Shown here in pieces: positions 28,076 to 37,478 of a stretch of DNA of 47,772 bases. Origin of the DNA: a virus (Duplodnaviria; Caudoviricetes); IMG/VR virus record IMGVR_UViG_3300030397_000065, positions 1-47,772 of that record; one strand, written 5' to 3'. The position numbers were made by a program, and so were the translations under genes. Each line of letters begins with the position of its first letter. The first letter of the stretch is position 1. A model generated the notes under the pieces. That model searched no databases. It was not told the DNA's origin and was given only the letters and a program-made list of their open reading frames with translations.

Positions 28076-28331
28076 TGTGTTGCGCCTTTGTCTTAAAGAT
28101 ACGTTTGATTTCATCCGCACAGATATCTGCTTCCGCCTGTGCTGCTTCTTCTGGGGCCGAGTTCTCAAGGAACAAAGACTCCATCTTAGCCACCAGACGA
28201 CGGGCTGACCTAGCGTTAGCCAGAACCTTAGGTTCTACCTCTACAGGGTAAGCGTCAAAGCCTTGATCGTCGCTCATTTCCTTCCCCTCAATGAAGTAGA
28301 AGGGTACTACTCGTGAGAAAAATGCCTTCAT
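28068..28331 (-). CDS. Hypothetical protein (alternative start 28277)
   Basis: Packed operon; ATGA overlap with the upstream gene. Confidence 0.5.
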   Translation of the reverse strand: MKAFFSRVVPFYFIEGKEMSDDQGFDAYPVEVEPKVLANARSARRLVAKMESLFLENSAPEEAAQAEADICADEIKRIFKTKAQHNG

Positions 28332-28735
28332 GCTGCTAATTCCTTTTTGATTCCGTCTAGTAAGTTGTCGTAGTTACACTGTCTTAGTACACCATCACCG
28401 CCGTAGAAGTAGATGGGATAATTGAGGGTCATTCCTACAAAAGCCTCAAGTCGTGCTCCCTGTGAGGTATGCCACTCAGGTAACAACACAATAGCATCTG
28501 CCTCGTCAGCTATCATCTTAGTGTCACGTGCTAGGAAGTCACCCCATGTAGTATCTCCAAACTTTTCCTTTCCTGTGGGGTCTTGCATGGCTTTATCCAT
28601 GTACTCTTGCCCGTCCATTTCACACGGAACTATAACACTTAGTCCATCGGACCTAAGTACGGCAGCAGCCTCAAGGAACGCAGGTACATTATGATACGGC
28701 TGATTAGTCATGGGTCCTGCTATGTAATACTTCAT
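28328..28735 (-). CDS. DUF4406 / nucleoside 2-deoxyribosyltransferase-like protein
   Basis: YYIAGPMT, DAIVLLPEWHTSQGARLE. Confidence 0.8.
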   Translation of the reverse strand: MKYYIAGPMTNQPYHNVPAFLEAAAVLRSDGLSVIVPCEMDGQEYMDKAMQDPTGKEKFGDTTWGDFLARDTKMIADEADAIVLLPEWHTSQGARLEAFVGMTLNYPIYFYGGDGVLRQCNYDNLLDGIKKELAA

Positions 28736-29625
28736 TAGAACATCTCCAAGTTTAGTTCTTCCCATACAGCATCAGCTACTATCTCTGGGGGCAACCACAT
28801 TTGTCCGGGTTCCCTGCGGATAAATAACAATCGTCCTTGCTCTATGAGATACTCTCTCCAATCTTCTTTGCCGGAATGTATCTGGTACATTCTCATGACT
28901 TCTTCCATCTGCTCGGTGAATGTCTCCAACCCGTGTAATGCCTTGGCTGCTTTGCCCGGACCTATGCCCGGCAGCCCCGGTATATTATCCGTGGTGTCGC
29001 CCGTGAGTAACTGCATTACAAAGTTGTACTCGGCTTGCTTGTCGGTCACTTCATAGTGTACGTCCTTGACCCAATTGTATTTCGGCCCCGGTACTTGGTC
29101 TAAATCTTTATCTAATGTGATAATGATGGCCTCGGGGTCCTTAGTAGCCTCAATAGCCATAAGGTCGTCAGCTTCCTCGTCAACAGCCACGTAGCAGTCG
29201 TAGTTAGCGTTGATGTAAGCCTTAATTTCCCGCTCATATGTAGGACGATGCTCCACCTTACGGTTGCCCTTGTAGGGACGAGTCGTAGCGAATCGGTGCC
29301 GGAAAGTAGTCCCATGTGACAGGAATACCTTAAGCTCCCATTCATTAAGCTGGCATGACTCCATGATACGCTTGATAAGTGTGCGTACATTCTGTAATGC
29401 ATGCTCAAGAGGCTCAAGATTCTTCTCGGGCCACAGCTTATAGTCCTCGTCCTCTACACGTGAGTACTTACCGGGCAGCCTCTTGTCTAGCTCTGCCATA
29501 GCATCACGCTTGTACTCAAAGGCTTGAGTGTAGTCGTCCTTCGGAATGTGCAGGTGCCATAGGTTACGTTCCGCTGCGAAGCCACACCTAAATACTACTA
29601 TGTCTCCATCAAGTAGTCCAAGCAC
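28735..29625 (-). CDS. 5'-3' exonuclease (T7 gp6/PIN-like)
   Basis: LLDGDIV, YKGNR, EADD, DKDLDQVPG, GDTTDNIPGLPGIGP. Confidence 0.9.
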   Translation of the reverse strand: MLGLLDGDIVVFRCGFAAERNLWHLHIPKDDYTQAFEYKRDAMAELDKRLPGKYSRVEDEDYKLWPEKNLEPLEHALQNVRTLIKRIMESCQLNEWELKVFLSHGTTFRHRFATTRPYKGNRKVEHRPTYEREIKAYINANYDCYVAVDEEADDLMAIEATKDPEAIIITLDKDLDQVPGPKYNWVKDVHYEVTDKQAEYNFVMQLLTGDTTDNIPGLPGIGPGKAAKALHGLETFTEQMEEVMRMYQIHSGKEDWREYLIEQGRLLFIRREPGQMWLPPEIVADAVWEELNLEMF

Positions 29626-29924
29626 TTCTTAACTCCTTCTATATTATCACCTATTAATCCTAGTCCTAAGTTACAGTTATTACATAACCAACCTCGGAAT
29701 ACACCAGTGTCGTGGCAATGATCTTCCACTATACGACCGCTATTGCCACAGCAATCACATTTCGTTGGAGCACTCACAACAGGAGACGTTATTTGGCCTC
29801 TGCGTTTTCTATCATAAGCCTTTCTTTCTGCGCGATGCTCCTCATTATAACGACGGTTATAATGAAGTAAATGCTCACGGTTGGCGGCTCGCCACTGGCG
29901 CATATATTCCGAGCGATCAGGCAT
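29598..29924 (-). CDS. Endonuclease VII-domain protein
   Basis: CDCC..DHCHDTGVFRGWLCNNCNLGLG. Confidence 0.85.
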   Translation of the reverse strand: MPDRSEYMRQWRAANREHLLHYNRRYNEEHRAERKAYDRKRRGQITSPVVSAPTKCDCCGNSGRIVEDHCHDTGVFRGWLCNNCNLGLGLIGDNIEGVKKCLDYLMET

Positions 29925-30217
29925 TAGCTAGGTACCACATCCTCAGTGTTCATCATTTCCAGCACAGGTGCCTTAGCTTCTGGGGTAAAAACTGCTTCCA
30001 GAGTCTGGTCGAAATGCTGGGCCTGATAGATAGCCTGAGGCAGTAAGGTAGAAGTAAGTTCTGTGATTCCAGTCATAGTATTAATAACAGCGTAACCTAC
30101 AGGTGCCTCTCCTTCTACTACTTCACCTATTTCATTAGTAGCTTTCTGGCTGAGGGAAATGTCGTAGTATTTAAGTTTATCATTTACAATAGCTATGCTA
30201 TCGTTGAAGTTACTCAT
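29924..30217 (-). CDS. Hypothetical protein
   Basis: Packed operon ORF. Confidence 0.55.
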   Translation of the reverse strand: MSNFNDSIAIVNDKLKYYDISLSQKATNEIGEVVEGEAPVGYAVINTMTGITELTSTLLPQAIYQAQHFDQTLEAVFTPEAKAPVLEMMNTEDVVPS

Positions 30218-30428
30218 TATTATTATCTTCCTTCTTAGCTACTTTGAGTTTGGGTGCTTTCTTCTTAGGTGCTTCTACTTCAGCTTCCTCGGCCTCTAGC
30301 TCATTGATTACTACTGCTACCTTATCAAACAGAGCATTCATTCGTACTGCTGCCTGAGGGGTGACGTTATCGTAGCGACCAACCGATGCTAGGTCAGCAA
30401 GGGTCTTAACTACTACTGATCGTTTCAT
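30210..30428 (-). CDS. Hypothetical protein
   Basis: Packed operon ORF. Confidence 0.55.
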   Translation of the reverse strand: MKRSVVVKTLADLASVGRYDNVTPQAAVRMNALFDKVAVVINELEAEEAEVEAPKKKAPKLKVAKKEDNNNE

Positions 30429-30841
30429 TGCTTGTTCTCCATTTCTAATAGTTGTCCAGTCACTTCCTCTACGTAACCCAGAAGTAAATCTAAACGCTTG
30501 TTCTTCGCCACGTTAGCTGCGTGAGGAAGGTGGTCTGTGTGCAGGGCTGCTACCACTAGTCGAGTGGCGTCTGCTCTTGCTGCTTGGTACTGAATGCGGC
30601 TGCCTACGTCCACAGATGGTGCATCCTTCTGCGGGGATGCCGTAGAGGACACAGTAACCTCGACATTGCTCACGTTTGTGTTCCTGTCCTCGAATGATAT
30701 TGTATCTCCCACTTTAAACTCTGGCTTGTTCTGTCCAAGCCTGTAGAATGTATTGTCTCCCTCTATCTTAAAGCTATAGAGCATGACATTATGATACGGC
30801 TTCTCAAATACTCCTACTACTTTCCCTTCTCTCGGTGTCAT
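30425..30841 (-). CDS. Hypothetical protein, possible OB-fold N-terminus
   Basis: YSFKIEG..FKVGDTISF; coupled to the polymerase stop. Confidence 0.55.
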   Translation of the reverse strand: MTPREGKVVGVFEKPYHNVMLYSFKIEGDNTFYRLGQNKPEFKVGDTISFEDRNTNVSNVEVTVSSTASPQKDAPSVDVGSRIQYQAARADATRLVVAALHTDHLPHAANVAKNKRLDLLLGYVEEVTGQLLEMENKQ

Positions 30842-32703
30842 AACATTCCTTCTTGTCTAGCAGCGTCCTCGTATAGCTCGGCGGGTGCATCGTAAATCAC
30901 CTCGCTGTTCTTTGCTTCCTCGTTTGACCAGTGTGACCCTATCATAACTCCTGCCCCCAGAGGCACAGTTAAATTGATCTTGTAGAGTGTTTGCAAGAAT
31001 TGATAACAGTCTTTGATTAAACAGGTCCTCGCTATCTCGTGCCATAAATCTACCTCGTCTGGATGAATCTCTGCAATTATACTATCATGCACCGTGTTGA
31101 CTAGGAACGACTTCAAATCTCTCATGCGATGCCAAGCACACACTAAGGCAAGGGGTATAATCTCAGCCGTAGCAAAGCCCTGTACCGGGTAGTTATATAT
31201 GTTCGTAGTAAACGCTATGTAACCACTCTTAGACATTTTACACTGAGGCCAATGGAACAATAAGCCATACTCAGTACGTAACTTCTTGTCCTTAAGTACT
31301 TTGTGGGTCCATCCCCTCTGGGTGTCTGCTATGCCTGAGTACCTCTCAGCAAATGCCTTGTAATACGCAGCTACTTCAGGTGCTCCGCTGAAGCCACCAT
31401 ACAGAGGCTTAAACGTATGGGCTTTAGCGTCCTGCCTAGAGCATCCTATAACACTAGCGGTAAAGCTATGAATATCCATCTTGTTTAGGATATCCCCTAG
31501 TGCTACCTTGTCTCTGCCCATGTGGGCTGCGATCCTGAACTCTAGCTGTGCCCCGTCAGCTTCACCTACCAGCCAGCCTTCTTTGCGGGCCTTGAAGATA
31601 GGCTTGAAGCGACGGTTCAGATTCTGGAACTGGACCTTATACACTAACCCTGATGAACTAAAGCGGTGTGTGCGTGTAGTTGCTTGGTTAAATACTGCTC
31701 GCATGAGACCATCGGCCTCGTCACAGCACTCCAAGAACTTGCGCAGGTACTTTGTAACGTCGGAGTTAAGTTCTGCCCACTCTGTGTTCAGACGTAGCCA
31801 TTCTTCTTGTCTTTTGTTCTCCGGCTTTAGTCTCTTGAGGACCTCGGCACTGATAGACTTACCCCCTTTTGGGGTAAGCATCTCTCGTCCCTTCCAGTCT
31901 CTCGGAACTCTGAACTTAAGTGTGTCATACACGTAGGCGCATTTCTGTGGGGTACTGGAAGGTGGGATTCCCCCCATGAATTCCTGTAGTTCTGCGGTCT
32001 TTCGTGCGTATTCATCCTCTACCTCTGCCAGTAATCCTCTCACCTTAGTTTCGTCTATCTGGATTCCCTGAAACTCCATGTCTACAAGGCATGGCGTAAC
32101 TAAGCATCTTTGGTATTGCAGGTGGAGTAGATTACTTTCTTTAAGTTTCTCTCTCTGTGCAAGGAACAACTCCTCGCACGCCTTAACGTCCCTCTTACAA
32201 TAATCCAGCAGCCACGAGCGAGGCATATCCTCTGTCTTGTGTCCTGCCTTTAACATCAGCCCAATGATATCTCGCTTAGGCTCAAGCCCATAGCGTTTGA
32301 GGGATTCATTGAGGCTCAGTTGCATGAGATTGTAGCGATTGCCCCCAATAATGTACTCCCCCAATAGAGTATCGTAGACTATTACTTCATGGAGATTGAC
32401 ACCGCAGCGACGGAGCCACCCAAGCTCAAACTTTGCATTGTGGGCGACGAGAAACCTTGCTTCATTAATATCATGGACAAGCGCGCCCATGTCGTACTCT
32501 GATCCAAAGGTATGCTTAACGTCGGATTGCTTTCCTCGGGTCCAACAAGCCAATATGAGTCTATTCGATTCGACAAGAGGGCTTCCCTTAAAGTCAGTAG
32601 TGGTTTCAAAGTCGAGGACGACATAATCATCTTCCCAATATACGTTAGGGTCAGGGACCGCCACGTGCTGTGGCAGTCCCCCTAGCTTATTACTCGCTGT
32701 CAC
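30838..32703 (-). CDS. DNA polymerase, family A, with 3'-5' exonuclease (start approximate)
   Basis: Exo I VLDFETT, Exo II HNAKFE, Exo III YCKRDV; motif A EADGAQLEFR, motif B RQDAKAHTFKPLYG, motif C TVHDS. Confidence 0.95.
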   Translation of the reverse strand: MTASNKLGGLPQHVAVPDPNVYWEDDYVVLDFETTTDFKGSPLVESNRLILACWTRGKQSDVKHTFGSEYDMGALVHDINEARFLVAHNAKFELGWLRRCGVNLHEVIVYDTLLGEYIIGGNRYNLMQLSLNESLKRYGLEPKRDIIGLMLKAGHKTEDMPRSWLLDYCKRDVKACEELFLAQREKLKESNLLHLQYQRCLVTPCLVDMEFQGIQIDETKVRGLLAEVEDEYARKTAELQEFMGGIPPSSTPQKCAYVYDTLKFRVPRDWKGREMLTPKGGKSISAEVLKRLKPENKRQEEWLRLNTEWAELNSDVTKYLRKFLECCDEADGLMRAVFNQATTRTHRFSSSGLVYKVQFQNLNRRFKPIFKARKEGWLVGEADGAQLEFRIAAHMGRDKVALGDILNKMDIHSFTASVIGCSRQDAKAHTFKPLYGGFSGAPEVAAYYKAFAERYSGIADTQRGWTHKVLKDKKLRTEYGLLFHWPQCKMSKSGYIAFTTNIYNYPVQGFATAEIIPLALVCAWHRMRDLKSFLVNTVHDSIIAEIHPDEVDLWHEIARTCLIKDCYQFLQTLYKINLTVPLGAGVMIGSHWSNEEAKNSEVIYDAPAELYEDAARQEGML

Positions 32704-33304
32704 TGAAGTCAGTCCAAACGCCAGCTTCGCCGCCACCGCCTGTCTTGAGTTCAAGTACACCTACCGACTTCATCCTAAGACTGATCCCAACAACACCTTG
32801 GCTGGCATTGGGATAAGGCACAATCTGCCCTTTAACTCGAATGATACTTCCGCCATAAATCGGTCCTGTTACTGCTGACCCATCGCTGACGTTGACAATG
32901 ACTGGCTCCTGAGTAAAGGACTCCAAATCATTTAGTTGTACTACTTTGTTCATCTTAAAGCGGAACAAGACATTACCTGTCGGCTCTGGCTGGAAGGTCT
33001 GCCAGATTGCATCCTTTTCCTCTTTCGTTGCACCTTCTGGGATATCTGGACGAGTAGTCTCATCCCTATACACCGGCTTGGGGGTCAATGTCCGCTGCTT
33101 ATTCACGGGGAGAGTGCTGATAAATTCATCACGCACGCGCTCCAACTTCTGAATAAACGGCTGAGCAATGTCCGCAGGTACACTTAGGTCGGTCTTGTAA
33201 ACACCAGTGGGCACGTGCTTCGTGTCGGCTTGAGACAGCCACGGATACACTGCTTCTCCGGCTGGTGATGTGAACAGTTCATATTTATACTTATTATCTG
33301 CCAT
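32690..33304 (-). CDS. ssb: Single-stranded DNA-binding protein (T7 gp2.5-like)
   Basis: FTSPAGEAVYPWL..D, IYGGS, GISLRM; acidic C-terminal tail. Confidence 0.8.
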   Translation of the reverse strand: MADNKYKYELFTSPAGEAVYPWLSQADTKHVPTGVYKTDLSVPADIAQPFIQKLERVRDEFISTLPVNKQRTLTPKPVYRDETTRPDIPEGATKEEKDAIWQTFQPEPTGNVLFRFKMNKVVQLNDLESFTQEPVIVNVSDGSAVTGPIYGGSIIRVKGQIVPYPNASQGVVGISLRMKSVGVLELKTGGGGEAGVWTDFSDSE

Positions 33305-33309
33305 TCTTA

Positions 33310-33759
33310 TTATTCTCCTAGTACTTCTTTGATTCTCTGTATTCTCTTGTAAATCACATTTACATTAACGCCTTCCTTGGCGGCTTGCTCCTCGGGATTC
33401 TCACCCCGAACGACCCCTTCCAGCGTCGCCCGGAGTAAAGGACTTAAATCTTTAAGTTTTGCTTCCATGTCAGCAGTGCCTACCAATATATCAGCAGGAT
33501 CAGACGAGTTGGACTTGGCATATCCTAGATTTGTGCGTACCTGTCCATCGTGCTCGTCTAGTAACTCTAAGCGTCTACGGGCTTTCTCAAAGGCTGTATA
33601 CACACAATGCTTGTATATTGTAGAAGCATAGCTCTTTACGTCCTCTATCAGCAAATACTTATCATCTAGGTGCAGTAGCTTATCGTAGACGTCCTGCCTT
33701 ATATCGTTGTCCCACTTCTGACTCTCACAGAACTCAATTAACTCATTTGTTAGTTCCAT
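33310..33759 (-). CDS. ECF-like RNA polymerase sigma factor
   Basis: Region 2-like DDIRQDVYDKL; region 4-like LSPLLR..EEQAAKEGVNVNVIYKRIQRIK. Confidence 0.7.
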   Translation of the reverse strand: MELTNELIEFCESQKWDNDIRQDVYDKLLHLDDKYLLIEDVKSYASTIYKHCVYTAFEKARRRLELLDEHDGQVRTNLGYAKSNSSDPADILVGTADMEAKLKDLSPLLRATLEGVVRGENPEEQAAKEGVNVNVIYKRIQRIKEVLGE

Positions 33760-33763
33760 ACTA

Positions 33764-33792
33764 TATAGACCCTTGATTGCCTTGTTTCTGAC
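33764..33792 (-). promoter_or_regulatory. Putative phage-sigma promoter, directly abutting the sigma ATG
   Basis: ATGTCAGAA-N15-GTCTATATAGTA(TG); both boxes identical to the copy at 256-291. Confidence 0.7.
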
Positions 33793-33896
33793 ATTTTCTA
33801 GATTTTCTTCTCTCTTTTAAGTACTTAAAGGCTTTATTAAATCCTTTTAACTCCTCTCTTGCTCTTAAATTAGCCCTCTGAAAAGCAGATAATTCT

Positions 33897-35105
33897 TTAT
33901 CCAAGACTCACCACCTGTGATAAATGAGGCTCCACTCCACAAGTAAAGTACTCGTGGTTTCCAGACACCTTGTTCTTTGGCAAACTTATGACTATCTCTC
34001 CATTCTTAGCATGGTTGTCATTAGCTCCGAGGCCTATCATGACGTCTGCCTGAGCCGGAATGCCGGTGTTGGAGTAGTCTACGTCACCTAAATCAAGTAC
34101 TGCCTTCCCTGACGCGCTATCCCCTGCTTGAGTAACACTCACCACCACGCAAGAGTACTTTTTAGCCCATGTACGAGCTTGGGTAGCCGCCTGTTCCAGC
34201 TTCAAGACATAGTTATCTTGATGCATGTTAAGGTTTCGTAGCTGGTCCAACACCAGCACATCTGGAGTGTGTTTGTTGATTAGCTGGTCAATCTCACGAG
34301 GAGTTCCGGGGGCTAATCCCTTAAGTACTATATTCTCGTAACCGGCCTCTCTGGCTCTGGCGTCTGCCATTTTGGGGTCATTCATGACTTCCAACTTTGT
34401 CATACCAGCTAGCCGGTTAACTACTCTCATGTTAATGTCGTCAATAGGGTCCTCATTGCCGATGTACAGAACTTTTAGCCCTTGCCGAGCAAATCCCGCC
34501 ATCATTTCGATAGTGAACATCGTCTTGCCCATTTCAGGACGAGCAAACAAGATTAAATGGTGTCCGGGCTTAACTCCACCATCTAGCCTACTGTTAAGAG
34601 CTTTTGGATATACTTCGATGAGGTTGTCTGCGTTGAAGCCAACCGAAACAAGTTCCTCAACAGAGAATCCCACGCGTGCATCCTCTGTTTCGTCGTCGGA
34701 GTATAGATCAGTCGCTGCGTATATGTCATTGTATTGATCGAGTATACTCCCCACATCTTCGGCTCCGAGGAGTGCAGCAGCCAGCTTGTGGCCAAGCGCG
34801 TCTCTCTTAGTGGATAGATAATCAACCACGACATTCTCGGGGCTACTCTCGAAGTCAACAAGGCCAGAGACAAGGTTGCGGAACATATCTTTGTGTTTAT
34901 CAATGGCAATATGTCTTGCGATATCGTCCGAGAGTATGGAACCATCCACCCTTTCTGCTTGTGCGTCACGGTCATAGTAGTCAGCGATGCCGGTCCATAC
35001 GACCCATCCTTGTTCACTGAAGTCGTCACGCTCCACATGGGGGGCGAGTAGATCGTAGGCCATTCTTTGTTTGATGCAACTTGATAAGACATGACGTTCC
35101 TTCAT
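33897..35105 (-). CDS. Replicative helicase (DnaB/T7 gp4-like)
   Basis: ARPEMGKT, IGNED, VLVLDQL, VSVTQA, KNK. Confidence 0.9.
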   Translation of the reverse strand: MKERHVLSSCIKQRMAYDLLAPHVERDDFSEQGWVVWTGIADYYDRDAQAERVDGSILSDDIARHIAIDKHKDMFRNLVSGLVDFESSPENVVVDYLSTKRDALGHKLAAALLGAEDVGSILDQYNDIYAATDLYSDDETEDARVGFSVEELVSVGFNADNLIEVYPKALNSRLDGGVKPGHHLILFARPEMGKTMFTIEMMAGFARQGLKVLYIGNEDPIDDINMRVVNRLAGMTKLEVMNDPKMADARAREAGYENIVLKGLAPGTPREIDQLINKHTPDVLVLDQLRNLNMHQDNYVLKLEQAATQARTWAKKYSCVVVSVTQAGDSASGKAVLDLGDVDYSNTGIPAQADVMIGLGANDNHAKNGEIVISLPKNKVSGNHEYFTCGVEPHLSQVVSLG

Positions 35106-35608
35106 TCATTACGCTCCGTCATAATTTTCTTTACTTGTTGCATATTTACAGGAGCATAGTCGTTAAACTCAAGAATAGCATTAAAATACTCAGACTCTTT
35201 ATTGGTCTCCCACGGGCCTCCTCTATGGCAATGCCCATGTATATTATGTCTCCTATACAATTCTTGCCTGTGTATAGGAATATGAGTAAGCCAGAAACCT
35301 TTATAACTAAGTGCCCCATGTACTTCGTCAAATACCTTAAGATATTCTTCTATAGGTAATATATCATGATTTCCTCTTACAAGTATCATCTTACAGGGAA
35401 ATTCTTCCTCAAGTATACGATCCCTAGCAGCAAGAGTCCAGAAAGCATCTCCAATTACATAAAGAACATCTTTTTTAGTTACCTTTTCTCTAGCATTGGC
35501 TAATATATAATCATCGTGATAAGCTGTATTTGGAAATTGAGTCCTAAATTTATCTGTTATTCCTGAATGGCCTATATGCCAATCAGATGTTACGTATACG
35601 TGGCTCAT
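35102..35608 (-). CDS. Calcineurin-like metallophosphoesterase
   Basis: SDWHIGH, IGD, RGNHD, THIP, HGHCH. Confidence 0.88.
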   Translation of the reverse strand: MSHVYVTSDWHIGHSGITDKFRTQFPNTAYHDDYILANAREKVTKKDVLYVIGDAFWTLAARDRILEEEFPCKMILVRGNHDILPIEEYLKVFDEVHGALSYKGFWLTHIPIHRQELYRRHNIHGHCHRGGPWETNKESEYFNAILEFNDYAPVNMQQVKKIMTERNE

Positions 35609-35976
35609 TTTACATACCTGTGTACATGTACGTCCAGACCTAAGTCCATAGCGTCATGGATCATCCCGCGAGTACCCTTAGACTCCCCGTCCCAGAAGGC
35701 TATGAGAACGTCCGAGTACTCTGCCATTGCACGATTACGTACTGGTCCAGCCGCGTGTCCGAATTGTCCCCAATCAGCAGGAAATAGCTTTAAGGGAATG
35801 TCGTGGGCCTTAGCGAAGGCCTCACCCATGACGTCTACTCCCTTGTTACAATTACCTGAGACTATCTCTATATCCCCGTCGTACAGGTACAGAAGTAGTT
35901 CTACTGTATTTTCTAGTTCTTCGTACCCCTCAACAGGGTAGTCCCTACCACCAGCTATAATGATTTTAGTAGACAT
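35605..35976 (-). CDS. YspA/SLOG-family (DUF2493-like) protein
   Basis: IIIAGGRDY, GVD, FPADW..AAGPVRNRAM, AFWDGESKGT. Confidence 0.85.
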   Translation of the reverse strand: MSTKIIIAGGRDYPVEGYEELENTVELLLYLYDGDIEIVSGNCNKGVDVMGEAFAKAHDIPLKLFPADWGQFGHAAGPVRNRAMAEYSDVLIAFWDGESKGTRGMIHDAMDLGLDVHVHRYVK

Positions 35977-36731
35977 TGCACTTCATCCTCGTTCATATCT
36001 TTGATATCCTTGTTTAACGGTAACACTTTAACATCACCCCATAGGAGTGCGTACTTCTTAGCCCACTTAAAGCTGAGGGCAATCGCGTCTTGGTCTAGGG
36101 CCATCACTACAGGGCCGGTCGCATATTGGGCAATCTCTTGCGCTCTCTCTGGACTTATGCCTGTGCCACACAAAGCCACAGCATTCACATACAGTGACGC
36201 CCTCGCGGCTGATGGTATGTCCTCGACCACCACAAGAGGGGCACTCAGATGATTCCTGTACCATGATATTCCTTCCTCATTCTCATCAACGTAGGTCAGG
36301 GCTTTGACTGCGGCTCTGTTGTGTATGTCACGCATCACCCATCCTCTGTGTACGTACTTAGGACTACGGATGCTCATAGCAACACGACCGCCAAAGTCAT
36401 TGGTCCAGTACCAGTACGGGGGATCAGTAATGCCCCACAAGTTGTTGATAATATCTAGGTGTTCCTCAGAGAGTGGAACAACTTGCCCTTCAAACTTACG
36501 TCGTTTCTTAGCTGGCTTAGGCACAGCTACTTTGTTGTTATGGGCGAATTGTCCCGAAGCTCCCTTTTCTGAACATGTAGCACGGAAGCAATTCCATACT
36601 ACACCTTCTTCACTCTTAGTGATTGTTAGGGTATTATTGTCCCCGTTACAGCGGGGACAAGTAACTCTAAGTGTATCACCTAGATCAATTTCAGCACTGT
36701 AGAGAAGTATGTCAGTTTTATAGGTGCTCAT
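35955..36731 (-). CDS. DNA primase (zinc finger + TOPRIM)
   Basis: CPRC..CFRATC; VVVEDIPSA, ALDQDA, KDIKD. Confidence 0.88.
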   Translation of the reverse strand: MSTYKTDILLYSAEIDLGDTLRVTCPRCNGDNNTLTITKSEEGVVWNCFRATCSEKGASGQFAHNNKVAVPKPAKKRRKFEGQVVPLSEEHLDIINNLWGITDPPYWYWTNDFGGRVAMSIRSPKYVHRGWVMRDIHNRAAVKALTYVDENEEGISWYRNHLSAPLVVVEDIPSAARASLYVNAVALCGTGISPERAQEIAQYATGPVVMALDQDAIALSFKWAKKYALLWGDVKVLPLNKDIKDMNEDEVQCLLKSL

Positions 36732-36759
36732 AATTACTCAAAGTGATATAACTATATGT

Positions 36760-36789
36760 TATAGACACTTGAGACCCCCCTTTTCTGAC
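36760..36789 (-). promoter_or_regulatory. Putative phage-sigma promoter upstream of primase/helicase
   Basis: GTCAGAA-N16-GTCTATA. Confidence 0.6.
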
Positions 36790-36795
36790 TTATCT

Positions 36796-37023
36796 TTAAC
36801 TATTCTCCTTGAGTCTGGGCTGAAATCCGTGTCTTTTAATGAAATCTTTGGTACTAGCCCGCTCCTCTGCGGGTATCATAGGTGTTTTGAAGGCTACTTT
36901 AACGGGCCACCCATTTCTTAGGCGGAGTCGGACTGTGATTTCCTTTAATCCGGCAGGGCTTTCGGCCCGCCAAGCAGCAGATATGGATTTATAAGTATTA
37001 TTATCTATCTGAATAGGGATCAT
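36796..37023 (-). CDS. Small putative DNA-binding protein (homing-endonuclease-associated HTH-like)
   Basis: YKSISAAWR..TVRLRLRNGW..AF; GAGG RBS. Confidence 0.55.
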   Translation of the reverse strand: MIPIQIDNNTYKSISAAWRAESPAGLKEITVRLRLRNGWPVKVAFKTPMIPAEERASTKDFIKRHGFQPRLKENS

Positions 37024-37038
37024 TCTATTGACCTCTTG

Positions 37039-37227
37039 TTATTTAGGTTTATTGTTTTCTCTGTTTATTTTTAAGCAGCAGCCCTCAGATGAAGGCGCTC
37101 GGCAATCTCCAGTAGTTAAGTAATATTTTTTAGGCCCAAAGGTGGTTACTTCTATTCCAACGCACCCGGCAGTGCATGGGGATTTGACACATAGAATCCT
37201 TGCAGGTAAAATATTATTCATACTCAT
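37039..37227 (-). CDS. Small Cys-rich hypothetical protein
   Basis: ATGA overlap with the upstream ORF. Confidence 0.35.
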   Translation of the reverse strand: MSMNNILPARILCVKSPCTAGCVGIEVTTFGPKKYYLTTGDCRAPSSEGCCLKINRENNKPK

Positions 37228-37373
37228 CTCAAATACTCCCATTGGGCACCACGGTACTTGAATAGCAGAAAACCAAAGGTGCCGTCGTCATAAAGCACAG
37301 TGATCTGTGCCGATAATACATCTTTAATCGTTCCTTCCTTGCCTGTCTCGTGGTTTTTCACACGTGTGAACAT
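37224..37373 (-). CDS. 49-aa SH3/KOW-like small protein; not in the ORF track
   Basis: AAGGAG RBS; MFTRVKNHETGKEGTIKDVLSAQITVLYDDGTFG... Confidence 0.55.
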   Translation of the reverse strand: MFTRVKNHETGKEGTIKDVLSAQITVLYDDGTFGFLLFKYRGAQWEYLR

Positions 37374-37478
37374 GGTCTTTCTCCTTCGCGTATGCCACAC
37401 AGTGTATACATGCGCACCATTTCCTCATACCCGAGTCTTTAGGTCTTTTGCACATAGGATTGTCTGGGTAAGGATTCA

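Noticed and set aside
29598-29924. Possible intron or mobile homing element around the endonuclease VII gene
   Set aside because: Flanking genes are intact and coupled; no room for intron structure
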